This document shows positions 12,825-24,168 of a stretch of DNA of 32,326 nucleotides, piece by piece (positions within the stretch are counted from its first letter, which is position 1; the number at the start of each line of letters is the position of its first letter). Under the pieces are notes generated by a model that was given only the letters and a program-made list of their open reading frames with translations, was not told the DNA's origin and did no database searches. This DNA is from Octopus bimaculoides (Eukaryota), in NCBI RefSeq assembly GCF_001194135.2, contig NC_069002.1:19842401-19874726 (forward strand). The letters are read 5' to 3'. The translations under genes and the position numbers were made by a program.

Positions 12825-13105
12825 TTATTGAGCGAAAACACCTAAAGCTCCACGAGGCTCCGGCAGGGGATGGTGGCGAACGCTGCTGTACTCTTCCACC
12901 ACAACTTTCTCTTACTTCCCGTTTCTGTTGTGCCTGTAATTCAAAGGGTCAGCCTTGCCACAATGTGTCACGCTGAATATCCCCGAGAACTACGTTAAGC
13001 GTACATGTGTCTGTTGAGTGCTCAGCCACTTGCACGTTAAGTTCACGAGCAGGCTGTTCCGTTGATCGGATCAACTGGAACCCTCGACGTCGTAAGCGAC
13101 GGAGT
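12825..13105 (+). mobile_element. SINE-like element (family B), body and tail; head presumably in the gap
   Basis: 12830-12920 aligns by eye to 19690-19780, which follows a tRNA-like head. Ends in ...cggagtgccgacaac followed by a microsatellite. Confidence 0.7.
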
Positions 13106-13142
13106 GCCGACAACATATATATATATATAGAGAGAGAGATAG

Positions 13143-13217
<75 letters not shown>
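13106..13217. repeat. (AT)n(AG)n(AGAT)n compound microsatellite
   Basis: Directly visible; source of the SIYL repeats in the ORF track. Confidence 0.95.
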
Positions 13218-13218
<1 letters not shown>

Positions 13219-13620
13219 GCGTAGGAGTGGCTGTGTGGTAAGTAGCTTTTTTACCAGCCACATGGCTCCGGTTTCAATCCCGCTGCGTGGCACCTTGGGC
13301 AAGTGTCTTCTACTATAGCCTCGGTCCGACCAAAGCATTGTGAGTGGATTTGGTAGACGGAAACTGCAAGAAGCCCATCGTACATATGTATGTATGTATA
13401 TATATATGTGTGTGTGTGTATGTTTGTCTGTGTGTGTCCCCCCAACATCGCTTGACAACCAATGCTGGTGTGTTTACGTCCCCGTAACCTAGTGGTTCTG
13501 CAAAAGACACCGATACAATAAGTACTAGGCTTACAAAGAATAAGTCCTGGGGTCGATTTGCTCGAATAAAGGCGGTGCTCCAGCATGGCCACAGTCAAAT
13601 GACTGAAACAAGTAAAAGAG
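13218..13620 (+). mobile_element. Full-length tRNA-derived SINE (family A) with internal (TA/TG) microsatellite
   Basis: Pol III A-box-like TGGCTGTGTGG (13228-13238), B-box-like GGTTTCAATCC (13270-13280), and tail aaacaagtaaaagag. The 3' module recurs at about 17405, 31251 and 32077. Confidence 0.85.
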
Positions 13621-14004
13621 TATANNNNNNNNNNNNNNNNNNNNNNNNNNNNNNNNNNNNNNNNNNNNNNNNNNNNNNNNNNNNNNNNNNNNNNNNNNNN
13701 NNNNNNNNNNNNNNNNNNNNNNNNNNNNNNNNNNNNNNNNNNNNNNNNNNNNNNNNNNNNNNNNNNNNNNNNNNNNNNNNNNNNNNNNNNNNNNNNNNNN
13801 NNNNNNTGCAGAACCAATGTGGGGTATAGAATATGGAATATACAATATATAATATAAAATAAAATAAAATATACAATATATAATATAAAATAAAATAAAA
13901 TAAAAATGGATGGCACCATGAAAGAAAGTATTGAATGTAGATGAAATATTGAGTGTTCAATATAAAGGATCAAATATAGAAATATATAAATATAAATATA
14001 TAAA

Positions 14005-14044
14005 GGCGACTCGAGTTTCAGGGCTATTTCCCTTCGTCATGGCC
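14005..14044 (-). ncRNA. Minimal type I hammerhead ribozyme fold with one core lesion (Penelope-type)
   Basis: Minus strand GGC-C(A)UGACGA-AGGG aaauag CCCU-GAAA-C ucga G-UC-GCC. Stem I is GGC/GCC, stem II is AGGG/CCCU, stem III/loop is the palindrome ACUCGAGU, and the cleavage triplet is GUC. There is an extra A after C3. Confidence 0.7.
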
Positions 14045-14997
14045 GGTATGACAGACTTTATATATTGATAATAATAAAGGATTTACGACGCAAAAACGTA
14101 TATATTCAAATGAATATATATATATATCATTGCGATAGGGAAAGAATGTGTGTGTGTGTATGTGTTTGTACATAATCACGTCATGTATAATACACTGATA
14201 TTCCTAATGACAGCAATCTGTAGCAATAGTGTATATTTCAACCGCGTATCTTGCGTAATTTATATGAAGGACACTGAATTTCTCTTCTACACTGTTCTAT
14301 TGTTCATTTCTTTATGTTATTATCAGTGAAAATGTGATTATGTGTCTCTCTTGTCTTTGCTAGTTGAGCGCAATTATTGACGTGGAAAGGTCTCGAAAGA
14401 ACTTCTAGCATTTTGAATATATGTAGAGGACAATTGTTTTCAGTTGATATATTTAAACCACGGACGCCTGAATTATGAACTTGAGGTTCATTGCTTGTAA
14501 AAGGAATGGTTCCATATTACTACATTTAAAAGTGCTTGCATCGGGAATTTTGCACATATATGCATTCATGCGAAGACATGTACAAAATTACACTCACCCA
14601 CACATACACGCGGGCGCGCGCAAATATTAATCTTATGCGTTTCTAAAGGCACTTAATATTGTTGGTAACTGAAATGCTTAAGTAAGACAAATAAACAGAG
14701 TAGCACTGTGAAATAAGATTTCGCAAAATATTTGTCCTTGTTTCTAAACAGAAATCTATTTTTAAAAGATATTTTGTTGTAGCGTTTCGTTCTGCTTTCT
14801 CTGGCATTTCTTCTGAAGCAACGAAGTACTCCTCTCTAAATTACCTCACATAAGAGATTTGCACTACGGAGATGATAACTATAATGAGTTCAACTCAGAG
14901 TTTGTAAACTACTGTAACTAAAAGTAGAAATAGTATCCGCTCAAAGAGGCAGATACACGTGGACAACAGAAAAATTGAATTCACTTTCCTTTTTCAG

Positions 14998-15066
14998 ACG
15001 CGAAAATACACCTTTCTCTCAGAAAGGGATAAACTGAATGACTGGATCCATATATTATATAGATAA
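14998..15066 (+). CDS. Candidate terminal exon, TRKYTFLSERDKLNDWIHILYR*, resembling a PH-domain C-terminal strand and helix
   Basis: Strong acceptor tttcctttttcag, a YTF..E....DWI..L pattern, and AATAAA at 15218-15223. No upstream exon could be linked. Confidence 0.2.
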   Translation, partial: TRKYTFLSERDKLNDWIHILYR

Positions 15067-15614
15067 CAAACATCCCAAAATGATATTAGAACTTGATATC
15101 ACTGGTGCAGATTCTGACAAAATCATATGATCATCAAATTTTGAACAAAGTGTGAAACTTGAATCCTTCAGGGTCACGTTTGAGCGCTTGATAATATATG
15201 GCGCTAAAACATGAAGAAATAAAAGCTTACAAAATCTGTTCGACAATGCCTACACAGGGCTTTTGTATGCAATAATATAAAAATGTCACTGAAGAAAAAT
15301 CGAAGCAATGCCGTTCTTTATTGCAGTCAATCTTCAGGAACTAACATATTTCGGCAAAAGAGATGAAAGGATCCGGTATTGTTTGCAATACAAACAATAG
15401 GCACAGGGATTAGCATACAAGAGAAAACAGGCTAAAGAGATATGAATTTGAATGCATTGACCAGGTGATACAAAAACTGAGCTAAAGTAAGAACAACTGC
15501 CTATTGAGGCAGACTGTATAAATACCGTTCATTACACACACACACGCATACATAGTTACAAGGACACACACAGATATACCTGCATATCTCGCGTTTGTGT
15601 GCGCGCTCGCGTCA

Positions 15615-15647
15615 CGCTTAGTCCATTCTGACAAAATGGACTAAGCG
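15615..15647. other. Perfect 13-bp inverted repeat with 7-nt spacer
   Basis: CGCTTAGTCCATT ctgacaa AATGGACTAAGCG. Confidence 0.9.
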
Positions 15648-16123
15648 GAGCAGGAGGATACACGTGGACGGAGAGGGCCGATGAGAAGGTCACAAATGTG
15701 TGACGAAAGATTTCAGGACAATTGACATAAGAAAATAAGAACAAATAAAATAACAACAGCAATAAAAAAAATGAAGTACACATATATAGTGCGTGTGATT
15801 ATTTGTCAAAGAAAATGAACGTCACGAATTATAACAATATCTGCTTCAATACCCTGTTTCACATAAGTAATCTTGCTACACAAATTCATAAACGTGTATT
15901 ATATATATATATATATATATNNNNNNNNNNNNNNNNNNNNNNNNNNNNNNNNNNNNNNNNNNNNNNNNNNNNNNNNNNNNNNNNNNNNNNNNNNNNNNNN
16001 NNNNNNNNNNNNNNNNNNNNNNNNNNNNNNNNNNNNNNNNNNNNNNNNNNNNNNNNNNNNNNNNNNNNNNNNNNNNNNNNNNNNNNNNNNNNNNNNNNNN
16101 NNNGTGCCAATATAGGATTGTTA

Positions 16124-16290
<167 letters not shown>

Positions 16291-16439
16291 AATAACAAAA
16301 ATAATAGTAGAAGAGTTTGTGAGCATACACAGTAGTAAGGATGGAAGCAGAGCATATAGATAGAATTGTAATAAAGATGTAAGCGGCAGCTGGGAATCTG
16401 CCACATAGGCCTAGGAACAATTCAGTATAGATTGGATGA

Positions 16440-16760
16440 ATAAGAGAAAGGGAACGGGTAATATAGTACAGTACAATACAGCCAATTGTTAGATCTCTAA
16501 ACAGGATATAAGTGCATGACTCTACCATAATAAGGGTAGATATGAAATTAAAATAGGAACTGGGAATAAGATAACAAACTGAGGAGTTTAGTAAGAAGAG
16601 ATGAGGTTCACATCTTAGTACAAAACCCATAGAAGATAATGATAATAGCAAAGAATGATAATATATTGAAATATTACTGAATATATCAGTGAAGGAGCTT
16701 GAAAAGATTCCTAGGATCAAGGATTTCTGGAGAGAGTTGCCATAGCCCAATAATGAGACA
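16440..16760 (+). mobile_element. Possible heavily decayed C-terminus of an RLE-type non-LTR element (R4/Dong-like)
   Basis: Faint ordered echoes only: TAN(C*)I for ANRPDI, EM..HL.TK for RMWHL.TK, ELEKIPR for LEKIPG. Many stops. Confidence 0.25.
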
Positions 16761-17404
16761 CAGTAATAATATAAAATAAAATAATAGCAATGATAACCTC
16801 CCAGGGGCAACAAAAATAATCTACCTATCGGGGATAATCACTAAAATAAAGAAACATTGAAAAATATATTAATTATTAAATTAATAAATAAATAAATAAA
16901 TAAAATAAATTAATCTAGTAGACATTCACAGGAGAGCGGTAGCAATTGGAAAGATTAAGGAGTTACCTCCCCTGTATATAATAAACAAAATAAATGAAGG
17001 CAGCATGGCAGTATTTTAATAATCTGTTATGATCGTTAATTGTGTTAATTGTGTTTTTTCGTAATTTGTTCTGATGGAAGCCATTCCTGAGAAAGTGCCA
17101 AACGTCAAACATCCAACGGATCAGTCGTTGGATAGAGTTGGGCACAGAAATGTTGACATCGAATGGTAAATAATTAAATAAATGGAATAAAGATCGGTCG
17201 TGTTTTGAGTCTCTACATTTTTAAACATACAAATTTGAAACCTTGGAAATATAAAAAATGAGAACGACCCTTAAGGAATCTAATCAATGATCCTTTGGGG
17301 TGAAGTCTTATGCTATATTGGTAGCGATTACGGAATTTACTGGAACATTATATATATCCTACATATATACATATGTGTATGGGTTTGTGTATGTGAGTCT
17401 GAGT

Positions 17405-17610
17405 GTGTGTGAACCTGTGTGTCATTTTGTTTTTGTCCCCGTTTGAAAAAAGGTGTTGGTTTATTTACGTCTCCGTAACTTAGAGTTGTGACATAAGAGG
17501 ACAGTAGGATAAGTACCAGAATATGTTCTGTGGTCAATTTATCCGACTAAAATATCCAAGGCGGTACCCCAGTATGGCCGCAGTTTAATGACTGAAATAC
17601 ATAAGAGAAA
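17405..17610 (+). mobile_element. Diverged 3' module of SINE family A (no tRNA head)
   Basis: Aligns to 13430-13620 (tttacgtctccgtaactta...ataagtac...ggtcaattt..cgactaa...aaggcggtaccccagtatggccgcagt..aatgactgaaa). Confidence 0.8.
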
Positions 17611-17788
17611 GTATATACGTATGTATGTATACGTATATGTGCTTGTATGGAACAGAAACCGCCGCTAGGTTAACGCACAGCACGCTCCCACCACCTACTA
17701 ATCAAACCACCACTGTCTCCAAACTATTCAAGCGTCCCGTCTCGTTGATTTCTTGCTAGTAACCATCACCACACTCTCTACAATACAG

Positions 17789-17869
17789 CCGAAATATGTT
17801 TGGCAAAACTCATCAAGGATATCAATTTTAAAAATTACACTGAAATCGTTATTCCTGATCATTTCGAAG
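17789..17869 (+). CDS. Candidate 81-nt phase 1-1 internal exon (x)EICLAKLIKDINFKNYTEIVIPDHFE(G)
   Basis: Acceptor ctctctacaatacag, open frame, donor AG|gtattg, length divisible by 3. No recognisable homology. Confidence 0.2.
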
Positions 17870-19480
17870 GTATTGATTTCCTTTGTCAATGATAATTATT
17901 ATTGATTTAAAACTATTTATATTGTCATGTGTTTATATTTCATGATTTAGCAACGAAAGGTTGTTTGAGAGGAATTTCGATAAAAAGAAAAAAGAGAGCT
18001 GATATATTAACCAATTATTTGAAACATTATATAATCCGCAACTGATACACCATTGATAAACTGCGATGTGAATCTGTTTAAAGGAATAAATATTACATTC
18101 TTAATTGTAAACTTCTTGCCTTAATGAACGACAGCAATTTATTCTTCACAGAAATTACAGTTTACACTTTGCTATAAAGAAGAAAATTTGTGATATGAAT
18201 TTTTTGTAACCTCACTCCCCGGCCGCAATTGTTTGTCTTTAGAAATCAAAATATTAGAGAGCCTGAGAATGTCATTGTGGGCATTTATCCACAATGATTT
18301 GAAATAATTACGGTGATGTACTTACATAGCAAGCGACTTGATCTAAGATCATGTGCTGCAACAAATACAATTGCAGCGTGGAAGTTGTTTGTAAACCATT
18401 TAAGATACAAAAACCGTTAGTTTCACTTCAACATTAAAACTTTATTTACGTCAAAATATTTTCGTCGCATTGAAACCGTGACCTGTTTTGTCAGTGACCA
18501 TCACCCACACACACACACAAACAAGCGCGCACACACACACACACACACACACGCACACACACACACATACACACACACACACACACACGAGCAGACACAA
18601 AAAATGCGCAAACACGCACGCACGCATGCATGCACACACACACATTGCCTTTCATTTGTGTGTATGTGTGTCTATATGTGTATGCGAGTGTGTATTGGTG
18701 TGTGCGATGTGTGTTTGTCACTGTAGAAGTTTTGCATGGAAACTGCGAATAAGATGCAAATTTCGAGTACTTGTCTGTAACTTTTGTTTTTTTTCTTCTC
18801 GTCTTCTAAAACTCATTACCCAACTTTCTAGGCTCTTCTCACAGGTATCCCGCGTTCCAAACTTATACGGATATTTTTTAAAATGTTCATTGAATAAATA
18901 ATGTTTTTACATTATTTATGCATTAATAGCGAATTAAAACTTAAAAGAAAGAGCGGGAAACTTTGTAAATGAAAATGGAATACCCCGCAGCGAATGCAAT
19001 GGATATTTAAATTTGTGATGAATTGGATGGATGGAGTATTTAAATTTGCGAGAAATTGGAGTTAAAAAATTAAAGAAACTTGAGAAATCGAAATTGTAGG
19101 AAATTTCTAAGAACATAAGTTTCTAAAAAAAGATATTTCCAGACGGTCAACCCTTCAATAATNNNNNNNNNNNNNNNNNNNNNNNNNNNNNNNNNNNNNN
19201 NNNNNNNNNNNNNNNNNNNNNNNNNNNNNNNNNNNNNNNNNNNNNNNNNNNNNNNNNNNNNNNNNNNNNNNNNNNNNNNNNNNNNNNNNNNNNNNNNNNN
19301 NNNNNNNNNNNNNNNNNNNNNNNNNNNNNNNNNNNNNNNNNNNNNNNNNNNNNNNNNNNNNNNNNNNNNNNNNNNNNNNNNNNNNNNNNNNNNNNNNNNN
19401 NNNNNNNNNNNNNNNNNNNNNNNNNNNNNNNNNNNNNNNNNNNNNNNNNNNNNNNNNNNNNNNNNNNNNNNNNNNNNNNN

Positions 19481-19521
<41 letters not shown>

Positions 19522-19549
19522 ATATGTATATGTATATGTATACACACAC

Positions 19550-19592
<43 letters not shown>

Positions 19593-19835
19593 GTGTTGGC
19601 ACATCGACTAATATTTAGAGCTGCGAACTCGTGGTTGAGGGATCGGGTATTCGAATCTCAGACGGGGAGATGTGTGTATGTATGTATGATCTAAACACCA
19701 AACCTACCTGCGCGGTTCCGGCAGAAATCAATGGCGAACTTCTGCTGAATCTTTCGCCATGACTTTCTCTCACTCTTTCCTTCTGCATCTCGCAGCTCAC
19801 CTCCGACGGACCGGCATTCCGACCAGGTGGGGAAC
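19593..19835 (+). mobile_element. Old copy of SINE family B with degenerate tRNA-like head
   Basis: B-box-like gtattcgaatct, and body similar to 12830-12920. Confidence 0.6.
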
Positions 19836-19913
19836 GTATACAACAATGAAACCGGCCTTTATGCACCAGACGTGGCTCAAGCAAGAAAGAATGAACAACA
19901 ACAAAAACATATA

Positions 19914-21100
19914 CAGAGTGCATAAGATATCCGTGGACCGATTTATGTTTATGAAAACAAAAACAGATAAATAATAACTGTTAATAAATTTATTTATCAG
20001 AAAATGCTGTGAGGATAAAAATAAACATTCTTTTTAATAATGTTATTCAATAAAGCCACCTTCAGCTATAACAACTGCTTCTATACGAGATGTAAATCAT
20101 CTGCATGCTCGAATCAAGTGGTCCTGGTTAATTTTTGACATTACTCTAGTGTTCATTGACCCCTCTCTCTCAACAACGCTCCACGTGTAATAGTCCAATC
20201 GATTGAGATCTGGGGACTTAGGAGGACAAATGTTAGCGGTTATGTGATCGTGGAACTTTTCAGCCATTCATTCCTGTATTACTAGAGCCATGTGTGATTG
20301 TACAGAGTCTTACTGAAACACATAAAGCCTTCCATTGCATATACTGTGTATCCAGGGCTTAACAATTGTTTCCAGGGCCTCAATGCAGGCGGCAGTTGTA
20401 ACTCTAAAGCCTTGTGGAGATAAGTATGGAGGCATCACATGTTCTCCATTTCCAACAACCCCTGGAGCCATGACAGTTGCAGGAAATTTTGTATGCATAT
20501 CACTTGGAACTTCAGAAGGGTCTGCACATAATCATCTGTCATTTCTTCTGTTAACTTCTTGTCTGAGAAAAACAAAATCAAATATTTTTCTGCTCGATCT
20601 TTTAGGTTGTTTAAAATCTTTTAGATCTGTTGTAGTGAGTTTCATTTTTGTCTTACAAATTTACCTTTCCTCATCATATAAAACTTATATCTGATGTCTT
20701 CGTGGTCAACGTTTCTGATTGTTCCTTCTGGCAGTTGGAGATAATTTGCAATTGAGCTCATGGACTTTCTGGGATTCTAATCAATGGTCTGTTGAACTTG
20801 CTGGATTAATTCAGGTGTTCTGATGATTTCAGAGCGTTTAGAAAGTTTTTATGCTTTGATATTAGTGATATGTTTCTATCTTCAGTTTCTAACTTTCTAG
20901 ACGGAAGAACTGGCAACTTTTAAAAATCGAAATATTTCTAAATCGCTATACTCAGCCTTTATGACCACAATAACAGCATGCGTCTTCATTTCTTGAGTAA
21001 GCTGAGTGTCTGCCATTATTATTTTCCGAAACAAAGATTATACAGAGTTAGGAGAAAGTGCAGCAATGATCAAAAAAAAAAAGGTATGTCCTTAAATACC
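19914..21100 (-). mobile_element. Near full-length decayed DD37D (maT) Tc1/mariner transposon
   Basis: Transposase remnant flanked by degenerate TIR candidates (TA|cagagtgcataagatatcc at 19914; ggtatgtccttaaatacc at 21083-21100). The TIR match is weak. Confidence 0.8.
20043..21016 (-). pseudogene. DD37D transposase pseudogene
   Basis: MADTQLTQEMK...NPRKSMSSIA..L....TIRN...FFSDK...HTKFPATVMAPGVV..GEHVMPP...VKPWI...YVFQ*DSVQSH...CPPKSPDLNRLDYYTWSVVE...RIEAVVIAEGGFIE*. I counted 37 residues between the second and third catalytic D. Multiple stops and deletions. Confidence 0.9.
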
Positions 21101-21118
21101 TTGCGTTCCAACCATATT

Positions 21119-21156
21119 TCTTTCTGTTGAAGATCGTAGGCTCGAAACGTAAAAGA
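21119..21156 (+). ncRNA. Minimal type I hammerhead-like fold with loopless palindromic stem III and variant core
   Basis: UCUUU-CUGUUGA-A-GAUC guag GCUC-GAAA-C-G-UA-AAAGA. Stem I is a perfect 5 bp (UCUUU/AAAGA), stem II is 3/4 paired, stem III is the palindrome ACGU, the triplet is GUA, and U replaces A6. Confidence 0.55.
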
Positions 21157-21286
21157 CTTTCTCACTTTCCCGAGCGTCAAACTAATATACCTGCTTGCTC
21201 TTCATACACTTGTCTTCGTCTTATGATTTCAGTAAACTTTAACTATATATATACATACACACATATATATACATATACATACATAC

Positions 21287-21324
<38 letters not shown>

Positions 21325-22249
21325 CAAAACCCGCCCCCCACACATATGATTTTCATTGCTGCTCTATCTTTCACAGAAACATTAAAACAATCTACCAGAA
21401 CAAAGAACCACGCAAGCAGATTAGTTAAAGGAGAACCAATTAAATATGTAAACGGAACAATTAAAGTACTATCTTTGTACAATATTCAAATACATTATTT
21501 ATCTTTTAACCTGACATCACTTTCAATTTCAAACTTGATTTTAGCTCGAAGCTTGTTTACTCATGTTCAGTATCTGTTAATTAGTTCTAATTATGCATGC
21601 TATTAAGCTATTCTTCTATTTATTCCAGGTCGTTGGATGTCTGTATATGTTGTGCATTGTACAAAATGGCTAAACTATTTTAATTATGTCGCTTCTCGTC
21701 AGAAGTTCTGAACATGTTTTAACCAAAGGGGATATTAATTTCAGTATGAATTTTTGAACATATTCTTTATGCCTTCAATCGATTTACATTAAAACCTGAG
21801 CGCCTTGCAAAAAAGTGTCAGTTAAAATTTGGTTATAAATATTTGTAATACCCAACTTGAAGACGGTTGTAGTTCCCTTTGATAAGTGAACCGATCTTTT
21901 TTTTATGTGACCCACGGTGCAGAAGGAATTCAAAAATATTTGAGAACCTATGTTTTTTTTTATCTCAATTCCATTTACACTGAGCAGCGCGTTATGGCTT
22001 ACATTTTACTCTGGGCGATAAAATATCACTAATCAAGGGGTGGTTGTATGATAACCGAATATACTTTACACATCAAGTCCATGGCCTTATAGTAATGCGA
22101 TTTTTTATCCGATAGTGAAGAGGAATTTAAAACTCACATAACCGTCTACAGGGTCTGGGAAACTTGTTGGAAGGAAGGAAGCAATCATCAAACCGTCGAT
22201 CTTAATACCGGACAGAGAGTGCAGTCTGCTTTAGATATCCAAATAGACG

Positions 22250-22470
22250 TATTATGTCTATCATGCAAAAAGGGAAAACGGAATCAGAACTCAGAATGAA
22301 AAGAACCGAACGCCACAGGACGTCCCGGCCGACATTTTAACGTTTCCTTCAGTCTATGATTTAAAGTTGGTGCTGTGTTGATCGATTTCCATAGACGGAA
22401 AGGCAAAGGTGACCTCCGTGGGATTTGAACACAAAAAGTAAGATGCAAGTATGTAAAGTGCAATACATTT
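22250..22470 (-). mobile_element. Two adjacent degenerate SINE family C remnants (about 22250-22345 and 22365-22470)
   Basis: gaactcagaatgaaaag.. and gacctccgtgggatttgaacac.. are similar to 4510-4625. Confidence 0.45.
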
Positions 22471-24021
22471 CATGTGGATCACTAATTATTCCGTTATTCC
22501 TATATTAACAGCTACAACACTAAGTGCATACTGACAGCAGTATTTATTTTTCCTCATTCTACTCCTCATTTCAAACCGTTGCGGCTGCTGCTTTCCTATC
22601 TTGTCATTTCTCAAATGACCAGACACGTAACACCGATTCTCATAGATTACAGGTGTATTCTTACCTTTGATACAAATCCGTTGAAGTGTTACTTTAATGA
22701 ATAAAACTGCAAATATTACGTAATTCTTTCTCATGGACTTTTGGGTACGATATTATTCAAGCGGAGTGGTACAGAAACAATTGTAACTGTTCGGTAAAGA
22801 TGTGCTAAAATTTCTTTGTCTTTTATTTAGATCATATTTTACCCTTCGTCTGACCCATACTATGCATTGGCGGGTGTGATAACTGAATGTTGTACAAAAG
22901 CAGAATTTTTATCTTCTTTGAGACACTAATACAAGAGGGTAGATAGCCTGGAGCTTAGGTTGAGTGCTGAATTGGAAATACTCCGATGTTCTACCCTTTG
23001 AAGCCCATAATGCTCGTGTTTATGTATAGACACACACACACACTCACATACACGCACGGACATATATAATATAAAACCATATTTATAACGAAGGAGAGAA
23101 AAGAGTCACAGGCCGTGAAATAAAACATTACGTATGTTCTACATATACATACATCTGTGTGTGTGTATGTGTGTGGATATGTGTGTATGTGTGTGTTTGG
23201 GGTTAGTCCTCGTGTAACTGTATGCTAAGCCATTTCATCTGCCAGAAGAAATGAGGTGGTTGCCTCATGCACAAAGTTGCTAATGGAATGCTTGGAACTG
23301 AAATAAACGAAAACGATAATCGGTTACTGCAGAACAGGATGATTTAGTTAACGTAGTTTTATGTAACTTTCTCATTTCTAAATCCTTACCTTGAACAGTC
23401 CATTTTCATTCGTACACATTTTCATTGAAACATTGAAAGGGAGTCGGGTATGATATGAAATGAAAGCCGCTACTTCAATGACTTCTTCGATTTTTGCTTC
23501 GTTGTCACCTCGTTAATAATTTCTGGTCCTCTTTCAAAATTGACATTGCTGTCTACCATCATTCGCTCCATCATAACTATCCATTCCTTTAAGATATGTC
23601 CGTAGGTATCCAGACTCAAAACCTACCTTCCTTCTTTAAAGAGACGGGACTCATTTGCGAAGCAATTGGCTGCTATGTTCTTACCAGACCAATTGTCCAT
23701 GTTTAGCTACCCCCCCCCACACTCCATCAGAATGCTCGTCTTTTTCTTTAACAGTCATAAAATCTTAGGCAAGCAAGAGAATGGTTTGACATTATCGCCT
23801 CCATCGCTTTCAGTTCCATTTATGTGTATAAATTGTTTATATTATATTTCATGATTTAGATAATGGATGTATAGGCTTCCTCTCTGTAGAGGACTTTTTT
23901 TTCTCTCTGCCTCTTCCTATGTTCTTTCGCTATTTCCTTTACTTCTTCCTGAAAGATTTTCCATCAGTATTTTCAATCAGTTACTGCTGTTATATTTTAC
24001 ATTTGTCTGTTTTTCATCCAA

Positions 24022-24168
24022 TCTTCTTCTTCTTCTTCTTCTTCTTCTTCTTCTTCTTCTTCTTCTTCTTCTTCTTCTTCTTCTTCTTCTTCTTCTTCTT
24101 CTTCTTCTTCTTCTTCTTCTTCTTCTTCTTCTTCTTCTTCTTCTTCTTCTTCTTCTTCTTCTTCTTCT
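24022..24168. repeat. (TTC)n, about 49 units
   Basis: Directly visible; source of the poly-L/F/E ORFs. Confidence 0.97.

Noticed and set aside
13218-13290. tRNA gene
   Set aside because: It has only A/B-box similarity, continues into a SINE body, and has no acceptor stem or terminator.
22096-22300. Open + frame of about 68 codons (SEEEFKTHITVYRVWETCWK...)
   Set aside because: No homology, its end overlaps a SINE remnant, and the length is at chance level.
22486-22734. 82-aa minus-strand ORF and a 42-nt exon candidate within it
   Set aside because: No recognisable domain or partner exons.
23390-23625. Minus-strand exon candidate GDNEAKIEEVIEVAAF...GLFK|gtaagg
   Set aside because: Good donor but no credible acceptor, and no homology.
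24022-24168. (TTC)n as a functional triplex element or poly-E exon
   Set aside because: An ordinary microsatellite in this repeat context; no splice signals.
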